Source of the DNA: Amoebidium appalachense
Lineage: Eukaryota > Protista > Ichthyosporea
Direction: 5' to 3'
Assembly: GCA_963693365.1 (NCBI GenBank)
Contig: CAVNZM010000035.1
Span: 1 to 46,455, forward strand
Length of the DNA stretch: 46,455 bases
Of the stretch, positions 38,356-46,455 are shown one piece after another. Below the pieces are notes generated by a model. The model saw only the letters and a list, made by a program, of their open reading frames with translations, was not told where the DNA came from and made no database searches. The position numbers and the translations under genes were made by a program. Each line of letters starts with the position of its first letter. Position 1 is the stretch's first letter.

Positions 38356-38532
38356 TCACGAGGACCCACACGGCCCCAGAATCCCGCGTAGACACCTGCG
38401 GTCCATGCCCAGCGAGTAAGGCGAATCGAGCAGCCCCAGTTCAAATGCCTTTTGTAGTTGTTCGCGTTTCAAGCCTCCGCGACGTGGGCGTCTCTGCGTG
38501 CGTCTCCGTAATCCGTGTCTCCGGCGTGCCAT
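38356..38532 (-). CDS. 58-aa protamine-like protein (absent from the ORF track)
   Basis: MARRRHGLRRRTQRRPRRGGLKRE... Confidence 0.45.
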   Translation of the reverse strand: MARRRHGLRRRTQRRPRRGGLKREQLQKAFELGLLDSPYSLGMDRRCLRGILGPCGSS

Positions 38533-38567
38533 TGGCAGCAGCAGGCAAAATCCGTAACCTGACCACC

Positions 38568-38798
38568 TCAGCTCGTCAAAAACCGCGAACCGATGTACCC
38601 AGCCAGCAGCGTGCCCACGATGGCCGCCGCAACGGTCACAAGAAACACCATCAGGAAGAATTGCGGTGTCCCCGCCCGTACCACCATGCCCTGCCTTGCT
38701 GGCACGGGACTGGTGGCAGCGGTTTCGGTCGGGGTGTCTGGCTGCTGCTCGGGTGCGTTGGGGGTGGTGTCCTTGGGGTTGCTGGCTGCTTCATCCAT
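38568..38798 (-). CDS. Small C-terminally anchored membrane protein
   Basis: 76 aa, TM near the C-terminus; TAATG start. Confidence 0.6.
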   Translation of the reverse strand: MDEAASNPKDTTPNAPEQQPDTPTETAATSPVPARQGMVVRAGTPQFFLMVFLVTVAAAIVGTLLAGYIGSRFLTS

Positions 38799-38835
38799 TA
38801 CAGTACGGGACAAAATAAAAAACGTGCCGTCACAC

Positions 38836-39498
38836 ATGACCGTTCCCCTCCTCCTACTCGCACTGATCGTGTGCGCCCTGGTTCTGTTCCTGCGCTCATA
38901 CTGCCGCCCGCTTCCATCTCGGTTCAGCTGGCTCGACGTTTCCCCCGCGGTGGTTGCCCCCGTGGGCTACCAGGCACGGTGTGGCTCGTGCTGGGCGCAC
39001 GCCACGTCAGCTGCGCTCCATGGGCGCATCGCCGTCCAGCTCGGCAAGCAGGTGACCGTCGACACTGACGACCTTCTCCAAAACACACTGGGAAACAGGG
39101 GTTGCATGGGGGGTACGCTGGTAAAGGCACACATGCACGCCTGCCGCGTGGGCGTGCTCACGGACAAAGGTCGAATCAAACTGCGTTCATTCACGGACAT
39201 GCAGGGCCACGGGTCATGTGCCATCAAGCGGGAAATACAGAGGAACGGGCCTGTCGCCATGCACGTGCTCGAACACCGCTCGATGAAGCGGCTTGACCCT
39301 GAGGAGACGTGGACACCGGATCCGGGTGAAAGGCCCGTGGGCGGCCATGCGGTGATGGTGTTCGGTTGGGATGATGCCAGGGGCGGCTGGCTGGTGCAGA
39401 ACAGCTGGGGGCAAGGGTGGGCGGCGGGTGGACGTGGCGTCATGGCCTACGGGGCCGGGGGTATCGACTCACTACACGTCTTGGCAGGCACGTTCTGA
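38836..39498 (+). CDS. Papain-like (C1A) cysteine protease, membrane anchored
   Basis: QARCGSCWAH, GGHAV, QNSWG. Confidence 0.93.
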   Translation: MTVPLLLLALIVCALVLFLRSYCRPLPSRFSWLDVSPAVVAPVGYQARCGSCWAHATSAALHGRIAVQLGKQVTVDTDDLLQNTLGNRGCMGGTLVKAHMHACRVGVLTDKGRIKLRSFTDMQGHGSCAIKREIQRNGPVAMHVLEHRSMKRLDPEETWTPDPGERPVGGHAVMVFGWDDARGGWLVQNSWGQGWAAGGRGVMAYGAGGIDSLHVLAGTF

Positions 39499-39503
39499 TA
39501 TGT

Positions 39504-39749
39504 TTAGATCACGTAGCTCACCGTGGTGTTGAGCACGTTCCGCAGGTCGGTGCCGTCCTTGGCGGTGTTGGTGATGTCGTTTCTGGGGTCCACGTCCACC
39601 TTGACAGGCGCCACGGCGATGGGCACGGGCACGTAGTTGGAATGCCGGGGACACGTGCTCTGCGGCGGCGGCGCCTGCGGTTGCTGCGACCAGTAGTACC
39701 AGATGGTAACGATGGCCAGCAGCAAGAGCGTGTTGTTGTTGATCTCCAT
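39504..39749 (-). CDS. Small membrane protein
   Basis: N-terminal TM; TAATG start. Confidence 0.6.
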   Translation of the reverse strand: MEINNNTLLLLAIVTIWYYWSQQPQAPPPQSTCPRHSNYVPVPIAVAPVKVDVDPRNDITNTAKDGTDLRNVLNTTVSYVI

Positions 39750-39786
39750 TAGCGGGGCCCTCCAAAAAAAAATATTGCCATAGCTC

Positions 39787-40092
39787 ATGGCTGATTCTTA
39801 CGGTCGCATTTTGCTCTCCAACCAAAACGACCTTACAATGGGTATGGTCATGAACGAGGTGCAGGTGCGCAGCACGACGAGTGACAGGGGCAAGCGCTCC
39901 ACGCGCCTGGACTACACCGCCCTCGAAGCCGCAAACCGCTACACAACTCCACGTACGGCCGTCCCGGCATCCATGTACGCCGTGCGTCTCGAGCCCAGGG
40001 ACATGATCCATTCGTACCCGATGGAGAAGAACCGCGCGGTCACCTACGAAATGGCGTTCCAGGACGCGTGGCGCGGCGGCATGCCGGCCTGA
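39787..40092 (+). CDS. Hypothetical protein
   Basis: 101-aa ORF divergent from 39749. Confidence 0.6.
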   Translation: MADSYGRILLSNQNDLTMGMVMNEVQVRSTTSDRGKRSTRLDYTALEAANRYTTPRTAVPASMYAVRLEPRDMIHSYPMEKNRAVTYEMAFQDAWRGGMPA

Positions 40093-40104
40093 GGCCACCC
40101 CCCA

Positions 40105-40117
40105 GAAGGTATAAAAG
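40105..40117 (+). promoter_or_regulatory. Early-type TATA box
   Basis: GAAGGTATAAAAG, TATA 42 nt upstream of ATG 40152. Confidence 0.8.
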
Positions 40118-40151
40118 AAGCTCGCATGCCCTCATTTCCACGCTCGCAAAC

Positions 40152-40850
40152 ATGCAGTTCGCACACTGGACAGAAGCCATCCATGGCCGCGACATCACCA
40201 TCGGGCCCTCCAAGCTGGAGAGCAACAGGGCAGGCAACCACACCGCCATCTACTTCCCTGTGCGCCGCCAGAACAAGCCCATCCGCTTCTACACCCCCCT
40301 GCTAAAGTGCAAGTTCCCCCCCAACGAGGAGTACAACTCGCTGGACTGTTCGCAGTACGCGCCTTCAAGTGGATGCCAGGAGCAGCTGGACAGCTTTATT
40401 TCGGCCGTCCGCGACCTCGAGGCCGCCGTGGTCTCCTGGGCCGTGGCCAACGCCGAGCTGGCGTTCTCCGACTTTGACCCCATCCCCGACGAGATGGCCA
40501 TCAACCACCGCATGCGCTCGTGCCTCGTCGACCGCATCGAGTCCATCAAGTTCCGCCTGGTGCCCGACTCCGGCGCCAACTACTTTGACGCCAGCGGCAA
40601 GCCCATGGACCGCGAGCAGGTGCTGGCCGTGTTCAACAGCCCCAACCTGCCCAACGTGCGCGTCGCCGGCGAGATCAAGTCCGTGGGCATCTACAACGGC
40701 GTCAAGCGCAAGGGCCAGCGTGTCGAGTTCGACGGCAAGCTCGAGGTGCGCCTGTTTGCCCTCCAGATCCGCGTGCTACCTCCCGACGAGGCCGACGGCA
40801 CCAACCTTCCCAACGGCGTCTGCCTGCTCCCACCCGAGGAATCCATGTAG
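40152..40850 (+). CDS. Probable viral ssDNA-binding protein (OB fold, DUF2738-like)
   Basis: PIRFYTP..KC.F, helical insert, beta-rich C half, acidic tail; early promoter. Confidence 0.6.
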   Translation: MQFAHWTEAIHGRDITIGPSKLESNRAGNHTAIYFPVRRQNKPIRFYTPLLKCKFPPNEEYNSLDCSQYAPSSGCQEQLDSFISAVRDLEAAVVSWAVANAELAFSDFDPIPDEMAINHRMRSCLVDRIESIKFRLVPDSGANYFDASGKPMDREQVLAVFNSPNLPNVRVAGEIKSVGIYNGVKRKGQRVEFDGKLEVRLFALQIRVLPPDEADGTNLPNGVCLLPPEESM

Positions 40851-40862
40851 TCCGGTCTGTGT

Positions 40863-41432
40863 CTAGGAGTCCACCATCATGTCCTGCTTGTTCAGTTCGT
40901 TCTTTGCGTCCTGTATGCGTGTCTCTAGGCCTTCGGCCAGCTGGTGCCTGTGGCGCAGCTCGTTGTTCATGATCTCCTCCATGGTCTTGTTAGGATGCAC
41001 CACCTCTTCGCACATAACCGTCTTGGGCGGCACCACAAACCATTCGTACATGGGTGCCACGTAGATGTCCCAGAACGGGTCCTTCTCCTGGAGCACCCGG
41101 GCGTGCGCGTTGGCCTCCTCCACGGTGTTGAACGCCCCGCGGATCTTCATGCCGCACTGGTTGTCGCTTGTCACCTGGTCGAGGCCCTGGGCGGCACACG
41201 ACATAACAATAAAGTTCAGTCCTTCAACCTTGACTGGGTCGGTCTCGGCTTTGATCTCGTTCATGGCCGGGCGTGGGATCTGGGTCTTGCTGTAGTTGGT
41301 TGTGGCCACACCCGTGGGCAGGGTGACCTCGGGGGGTGGGGGCCTGGGCAGACACAGGGCCTTGGTCTCCGCCGTGTCACACATGTCCTCGTCGCTGTCG
41401 CTCAGGCTGCGCTTCGATGAACAGCGGTCCAT
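40863..41432 (-). CDS. Conserved NCLDV protein (DUF5832-like)
   Basis: GMKIRGAF.T.EEA..HA..LQ..DP.WDIYV..MYEW..VPP. Confidence 0.8.
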   Translation of the reverse strand: MDRCSSKRSLSDSDEDMCDTAETKALCLPRPPPPEVTLPTGVATTNYSKTQIPRPAMNEIKAETDPVKVEGLNFIVMSCAAQGLDQVTSDNQCGMKIRGAFNTVEEANAHARVLQEKDPFWDIYVAPMYEWFVVPPKTVMCEEVVHPNKTMEEIMNNELRHRHQLAEGLETRIQDAKNELNKQDMMVDS

Positions 41433-41532
41433 TACCGTGCGGGGAGAAAATATTTCACAGGCAAAATGGCGCTGCCCGCTGGTCCGCCGCGCCTGAATGT
41501 ATCCAGACGACAAGATGGTGTGTATACTCGGA

Positions 41533-42243
41533 ATGGGCGACTGTGGCAACAGCACGACCACGACGCTGCAAAACATCGTCCGCAATTCCGTGTCCACGAG
41601 CATCAAGGTTGATCAGAGCGTAAGCGCCTCAACCATGACGGACCAGAAGATGACGATCTCGGGTCTCACGGGTGCGGACCTCGGCGAAATTAATCAGCTC
41701 CAGCGCGTCAAGATCAACATCAAGGCCATACAGAAGACCCAGAGCACGAACGAGTTCAAGAGTAAGTTGGAAGCGGAGCTCAACGAGAAACTCAAGCAGA
41801 AGACCGAGCTGGGCAGCAGCGGCAAGAACTCCAGCGACACGTTCTCGCAGACCATCAACGACTTCACCTTCAATGCAACACGCGCGTTTGACAGCTCGCT
41901 GACCCTCGTGATGAACGCGAAGCAGGAGATGGAGATCAAAGACGACAGAAACCTGAAAATCAAGAAAATCAATCAGGTACAGACCATCGAAGCGCTGGCC
42001 GAGCTCGTGTCGGAGAACATCATGAACGACAAGGCGGTCCAGGAGTCGGCTGCAAAGCTGGAGAAGATTACCGAACAGTCGAGCGAGGGTCTTGCCGGCA
42101 TGTTTGGTGCGTTCGGTGGCATGCTCAAGGTCGTCGCCGTCATTTTGGTGCTTGCCATCGTGGGGTATCTGCTGTTCCGCTTATTAGGCATGCCAAAGAC
42201 GAATGCCGGCACGGCACAAGACATGCCCCGCGGCATGTACTAA
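41533..42243 (+). CDS. Myristoylated membrane protein, L1R/F9L-like
   Basis: MG start, S/T/Q/N-rich body, C-terminal TM. Confidence 0.8.
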   Translation: MGDCGNSTTTTLQNIVRNSVSTSIKVDQSVSASTMTDQKMTISGLTGADLGEINQLQRVKINIKAIQKTQSTNEFKSKLEAELNEKLKQKTELGSSGKNSSDTFSQTINDFTFNATRAFDSSLTLVMNAKQEMEIKDDRNLKIKKINQVQTIEALAELVSENIMNDKAVQESAAKLEKITEQSSEGLAGMFGAFGGMLKVVAVILVLAIVGYLLFRLLGMPKTNAGTAQDMPRGMY

Positions 42244-42280
42244 TTGGTCACGTCGCTCCGTCCGTCCCTCCACAAACCGC

Positions 42281-42580
42281 TTTGTTGTTTATTTGAACTT
42301 CATAAATAGGACCTGTTTGTTTGCGGGCATGTCTTCACGGGTCAATGTCACGTGACCCTGGGGACCCTGGAGCCCATTTGGGCTCGATGCTTCCTGATTG
42401 GATCTCCCATGACCTGTCGATGTCATTATACTCGGTCGACCAATGGGAGGAATCCTGCCCAGGGGCAGCTTTCCTTGGAGGCAATGGCCTCTCTTGTTAG
42501 GCATAGTCGTTTATTTGAAAATTCATAAATAGGCCAGTCGGCGAATGGGAGGAAAGTTGGCATTTGCCAACTCTCCTTCG
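42281..42580. repeat. Array of variant hairpin cassettes downstream of the KilA-N genes
   Basis: TTTATTTGAA..TTCATAAATAGG near 42288, 42510, 43245; CCAATGGGAGGA-core-TCCT units at 42440 and about 42542. Confidence 0.85.
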
Positions 42581-42626
42581 AGAGAATAAAACAGCACCAT
42601 ATTCCAGTTAAACCTACCATCCTTTC

Positions 42627-43010
42627 CTAATCTTGCCAACACGACCACGGGTCAAATGTCCCGTTGTAGTTGTCGCAGATGTCGATGACATCAGCCAACA
42701 CAGAGTAGTCGCCCGTGAACATGCGCGAGAGCAGGGCGTCCGTGTGCACGGCGAAGTCAATGGACACGTAGCGGGCAAGCGCCGGGAACAGCGCGATGTG
42801 CACGAAGGTGCCGCGCAGCGCGGGGTCCCCGGACTTCTTGTTGGCGTTCGAGGGGTCGATGACGTCATCGATACTCAGCGAACCAATGGGAGGACCGTGG
42901 ACTGGAGTCCACGCTCCTCTGATTGGCTGTTCGTTGATCTTGTCAACCACTTTTTGGATTAGTTCAATGTTCCGTTTGCTCCAGTACTGAACCTTTTCTC
43001 CACTCCATCC
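42627..43010 (-). pseudogene. Truncated KilA-N domain copy, possibly a silent cassette
   Basis: KINEQPIRG...ALRGTFVHIALFPALARYVS...NYNGT nearly identical to 43324-44625; no TATA; ends abruptly. Confidence 0.8.
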
Positions 43011-43323
43011 CCGGCCTCTCGGTGTTGTACTGGCGCCCACGTCCAGATGGTTGGGCGCCCCCCCCCGCCCCTCTGTTGGCTGCGTCGAAGTCACGTGAGC
43101 CTTGGGGCCTATGGGCACCGAGGCTTCCGTGGCAGGCATGTTGTTGTTCCCGACTATTCCTGTGCACCTGGTCATTCATCCAATTACAACGGCCACGTGA
43201 CGAGCGTGCCCCTGTGCACCGGCATCTCTTGTTAAGCTTTGTTGTTTATTTGAACTTCATAAATAGGCCAGTCGGCCAATGGGAGGTTCATGATATACAG
43301 AGATGCACAGCATCTCCTGGGTT

Positions 43324-44625
43324 TCAGACATCTTCACAATCCAGCAGGTCCAACGGCTCCAGGTCGGTGCCATACAGGTTACGGAAAGTCTGAAGCGTCC
43401 CTGCGTAGTTGTGGGTGGTAGATGAGCCCGGAACGTTCATCTCCAGCCACTTGCTGCCCCTGCTGAGAACCGTGTACACCATGTGGGCTGTCATGTGGGT
43501 GCTGTACTGCACGCCAAACTGGATCTTGCATGCACGCTGCATCATCATCCGCGCATGTAGGGTACTGACCACTTCATTGTCGAGACGCAGGCAGAGAACC
43601 CCAGTAGCCTGCTGAATCAAAGCACGCACTGTGCTTGTGCGACCCGTGGTGCGACCCTCGAATGCAGCATCCACAAGCCCCGGCACCAAATCGCGCACGC
43701 GCTGCCGAAACTTCTCGCATCGCTCGGCAAACGTGTTGTCGTCAAGCGAGGCCGGCAGCACGTTGGCGTTGGCGGTATGGGGGTCGGTGGCGATACGTTC
43801 CTCCAGCTGTGTGTTGCGCAGAAGGCGGTACTCGGCCAGCTCCTTGTTGTGCACAATCAGGCTGTTCTTCTCGGCAATGATGTCGTTCTTCTCCTTGAGG
43901 ACCAGCAGCATCATCTCCTTGATGTCTTCAAGCTCGCGCACACGGCCTTCGGCGGCAGCGGCACGCTTCCGCACCAGGGGCAGTTCGTCTTCCAGCTCCT
44001 CCTCCCGGGCACTGCGCTTGCGGGACTCCCGGACTTCGTCCATGTCGATGGCCATCTTGCTGGTTGTGGTCCCGTTGTAGTTGTCGCAGATGTCGATGAC
44101 ATCGGCCAACACGGAGTAGTCGCCCGTGAACATGCGCGAGAGCAGCGCATCCGTGTGCACGGCAAAGTCGATGGAGACATAGCGGGCAAGCGCCGGGAAC
44201 AACGCGATGTGAAGGAAGGTGCCGCGCAGCGCAGGATCGCCGGACTTCTTTTTGGAATTCGATGTGTCGATGACGTCATCGATGCTCAATTGACCAATGG
44301 GAGGAATGGTGGGAATTCCCACCTTTCCTCTGATTGGTTCGTTGATCTTGTCCAGTAACTTCGCAAGCAGGACCGAGTTGGCCTCTCTCCACCATATAAC
44401 CTTTTTTTCGGCCCTGTCACCCATTTTTACGCTGTTGTACTCGCGTCCCTCGTGGCAAAGCATGGTGCCGTTGAAGTACACGTGGCCGTTGGGGTAGGTA
44501 GTTGTCACCGTCAGCAATCTCTCCGCAAAGTCCATGGTCATGGGTGCGCGCATCTCCTTGAATGCAGGGTAGGTAGGAGCCAGGGTGCTAGGCGCAGGGG
44601 TTGGTGCTGCCATGTCGATCTCCAT
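43324..44625 (-). CDS. KilA-N domain protein with coiled coil
   Basis: NGHVYFNGTMLC...RGTFLH..L...A..VS.DFA KilA-N motif. Confidence 0.85.
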   Translation of the reverse strand: MEIDMAAPTPAPSTLAPTYPAFKEMRAPMTMDFAERLLTVTTTYPNGHVYFNGTMLCHEGREYNSVKMGDRAEKKVIWWREANSVLLAKLLDKINEPIRGKVGIPTIPPIGQLSIDDVIDTSNSKKKSGDPALRGTFLHIALFPALARYVSIDFAVHTDALLSRMFTGDYSVLADVIDICDNYNGTTTSKMAIDMDEVRESRKRSAREEELEDELPLVRKRAAAAEGRVRELEDIKEMMLLVLKEKNDIIAEKNSLIVHNKELAEYRLLRNTQLEERIATDPHTANANVLPASLDDNTFAERCEKFRQRVRDLVPGLVDAAFEGRTTGRTSTVRALIQQATGVLCLRLDNEVVSTLHARMMMQRACKIQFGVQYSTHMTAHMVYTVLSRGSKWLEMNVPGSSTTHNYAGTLQTFRNLYGTDLEPLDLLDCEDV

Positions 44626-44695
44626 CTTGCTTGGCTTCTTGCTGTGTCTTGTCTTGATGTTGATGTGATTGACTTCCAGACTGAAAGCAGCGCCC

Positions 44696-44711
44696 TATTT
44701 ATACCTTCGCG
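44696..44711 (-). promoter_or_regulatory. Early-type TATA box
   Basis: Minus strand CGCGAAGGTATAAATA. Confidence 0.8.
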
Positions 44712-44810
44712 GTCGACACATCCGGTTCAATTGCGGCTAAACTTCAGAATTGCTGAAACGTCGAGCTTGAAATCCTCTGGGCTAAGCCTTCTCGCTGCTC
44801 TCGGACTGGT

Positions 44811-44880
44811 GATGACGTCATCCTACAAGCAGCCGACCAATGGGAGGAGAGTTGGGAATTCCCAACTCTCCTCTGATTGG
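44811..44880. promoter_or_regulatory. CRE plus CCAAT-palindrome-ATTGG cassette upstream of the KilA-N gene
   Basis: TGACGTCA at 44813; perfect 30-bp palindrome GAGGAGAGTTGGGAATTCCCAACTCTCCTC at 44844-44873. Confidence 0.8.
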
Positions 44881-44908
44881 CTGTTGGATGATCCCCCATT
44901 GTTCCCGA

Positions 44909-45097
44909 CTATTCCTGTGCAGCCGCTTGTGGATTTGTTGCTCGCACCTGCCGCTTGAGCTCCTCGGGCACCGAGAGCCGCACCTTGTCCTCCTTGCAAT
45001 CCAACCGCGCCATGATCGTCGCCAGCATGTAGTGCACCCGTGCAAACTCGAGGCTCACGACGTGCGACAGTGCGTCCACTGGATCCGCGGCATCCAT
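44909..45097 (-). CDS. Small hypothetical protein
   Basis: 62-aa ORF divergent from 45132. Confidence 0.45.
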   Translation of the reverse strand: MDAADPVDALSHVVSLEFARVHYMLATIMARLDCKEDKVRLSVPEELKRQVRATNPQAAAQE

Positions 45098-45131
45098 ACA
45101 GAGGCACCCCGATTTTATTGCCGCACTGGTA

Positions 45132-45644
45132 ATGGACGTCTACACCCGCTACTTCTCCGGCGGCGGTCCGCACTACGACGCCCTCATGACCCGCGAGAAC
45201 CTCGCACGTCTGCAGGCCGCGCTGCCGTTCCATGCGGACGTGTCCGACCTGCATGACGCCCTCACAAACGCCTACAACACCATGTTCGCCCAGGGCGCGT
45301 TCACGGGGAACACCGACCGTGCCCTCCAGGAAACCACGCAGCTTGCCGCTGACATGCTCGTCGAGCAGCAGAACGCCGCCCTCGCCATGGCCGACGCGCA
45401 GCACGCGCTGGACCTCGCACGCACGGAGGGGCCCACGGTCATCGCACGCCCCATCCCCATCCCGGGCAAGGGCCGCTCGCACAAGCGCGAGCCGCCCCCG
45501 CCACGCACGGCCGACACGTTCAACCGTGACGTTCGCGTCGCCACGGTCCCTCGGTCCAACCGCTCGCTTTCGGCCGTCGAGCTGCGGCAGATGCGGGGCG
45601 TTGCCACCCAGGAGCTCTTCGACACCATCAGCTACACGCTGTGA
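45132..45644 (+). CDS. Hypothetical protein
   Basis: TAATG start, GC3 bias. Confidence 0.65.
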   Translation: MDVYTRYFSGGGPHYDALMTRENLARLQAALPFHADVSDLHDALTNAYNTMFAQGAFTGNTDRALQETTQLAADMLVEQQNAALAMADAQHALDLARTEGPTVIARPIPIPGKGRSHKREPPPPRTADTFNRDVRVATVPRSNRSLSAVELRQMRGVATQELFDTISYTL

Positions 45645-45646
45645 GC

Positions 45647-45880
45647 TCACCACGTGATCATGAGCTCGTTGCCCCGCCGCGTCACAGTGTACTTGCGCAT
45701 GCGCAGGCTGCGCACGAGCAGGTTGCCCACGGCGTCGACGTCGTAGGTGGTGGTGGTCATGGGCATGCGGTACAGCACGCACCGCTCGCCCAGGCGCGCG
45801 CGCCACGCGATGGTATTGTACACGTTGACCAAGAGGCTGTCGGCCACGGCCTTGCGGTGCCGGTCAACCGACCCCGCCAT
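45647..45880 (-). CDS. Small conserved NCLDV protein (DUF5759-like)
   Basis: Y.MP...YD...L...L...Y.V...L.ITW pattern. Confidence 0.55.
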   Translation of the reverse strand: MAGSVDRHRKAVADSLLVNVYNTIAWRARLGERCVLYRMPMTTTTYDVDAVGNLLVRSLRMRKYTVTRRGNELMITW

Positions 45881-45945
45881 ATTTTTTGCAACATCAGCGG
45901 TCAGGCATATGCGTTCACGAGCCATGTTTTATTGGGGCATATACT

Positions 45946-46455
45946 ATGTCGTCCGACATTCTCTCGCTGATCGCACGCGAGCCCAAGAAAAGAAACCCTG
46001 CCCGCCCACGCTCGCCCAAGGCATCCATGCCCCGCAGCCGCCTGGGCATGCGCGAGGACACCCCCAGCCCGCCCGAATCCCCGCCCCCCCAGTTCCGGAT
46101 TATGGGCCGGGAGCGTGGTCTCTTCACGCCCCACGACGACATCCGCCCGGAGGATTCGGTCAGCAACGTCGGGCCGTTTCGACCCGCATCCCCCGAGTCG
46201 GTGCTGCTCGAGGCCATGCGCAACGACGACCCGGAGCCCGACTACGTCCCGCCCCCACACCCAGGCCCCCAAAACTTCTCGCAGCCACCCCCCCAGGAGG
46301 CCCCCCAACAGCAGCGGCCACCCACCCCACCGCACCCGCCTGGAGACGGCTACGCCATTGGCGACTACTCGCTCGGCGGACTTGGGCTCGACAACGGCCA
46401 GCCCGTCCAGCTGCCCCTCCAGCCACCAGGCGCCATGGCAGGACCCCCTCACGAC
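45946..46455 (+). CDS. Pro-rich protein, runs off the window end
   Basis: Open frame MSSDILSLIARE...DDIRPEDSVSNV to the end of the window. Confidence 0.65.
   Translation, partial: MSSDILSLIAREPKKRNPARPRSPKASMPRSRLGMREDTPSPPESPPPQFRIMGRERGLFTPHDDIRPEDSVSNVGPFRPASPESVLLEAMRNDDPEPDYVPPPHPGPQNFSQPPPQEAPQQQRPPTPPHPPGDGYAIGDYSLGGLGLDNGQPVQLPLQPPGAMAGPPHD

Noticed and set aside
42281-44921. Diversity-generating retroelement
   Set aside because: No reverse transcriptase in the window, and the differences are not adenine-specific but preserve palindromic symmetry.
1-46455. tRNA, rRNA, transposase or integrase genes
   Set aside because: None recognised by eye; tRNAscan-SE was not run.

Overview
Gene-dense, mostly GC-rich segment of a large eukaryotic dsDNA virus (Nucleocytoviricota), either a free virus or an endogenized copy. 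Family calls come from motif recognition, not database searches. Hallmark genes: double jelly-roll major capsid protein, VLTF3, Erv1/Alr sulfhydryl oxidase, L1R/F9L-type and A16/G9-type membrane proteins, two penton-like genes, YqaJ exonuclease, a probable SSB, NUDIX, SWIB, papain protease, aquaporin, and HNH and zinc-ribbon nucleases. Expression signals look host Pol II-type: a conserved GGTATAAAAG TATA box about 35-80 nt upstream of replication and regulatory genes, CCAAT and CRE boxes, AATAAA signals, and one GT-AG intron. The most unusual feature concerns the KilA-N/MSV199/Bro-like DNA-binding genes. Each carries a DNA palindrome at the variable loop of the domain. At the KilA-N locus (42.3-44.9 kb) there are at least five variants of a 44-bp CCAAT...ATTGG cassette with constant arms and different, self-complementary, stop-free 7-codon cores. 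In the MSV199-like gene the palindrome lies inside an intron and is copied downstream. This suggests a cassette/operator system for viral DNA-binding proteins; function is inference only. Several single-base indels, mostly in homopolymers, indicate assembly errors or early decay.
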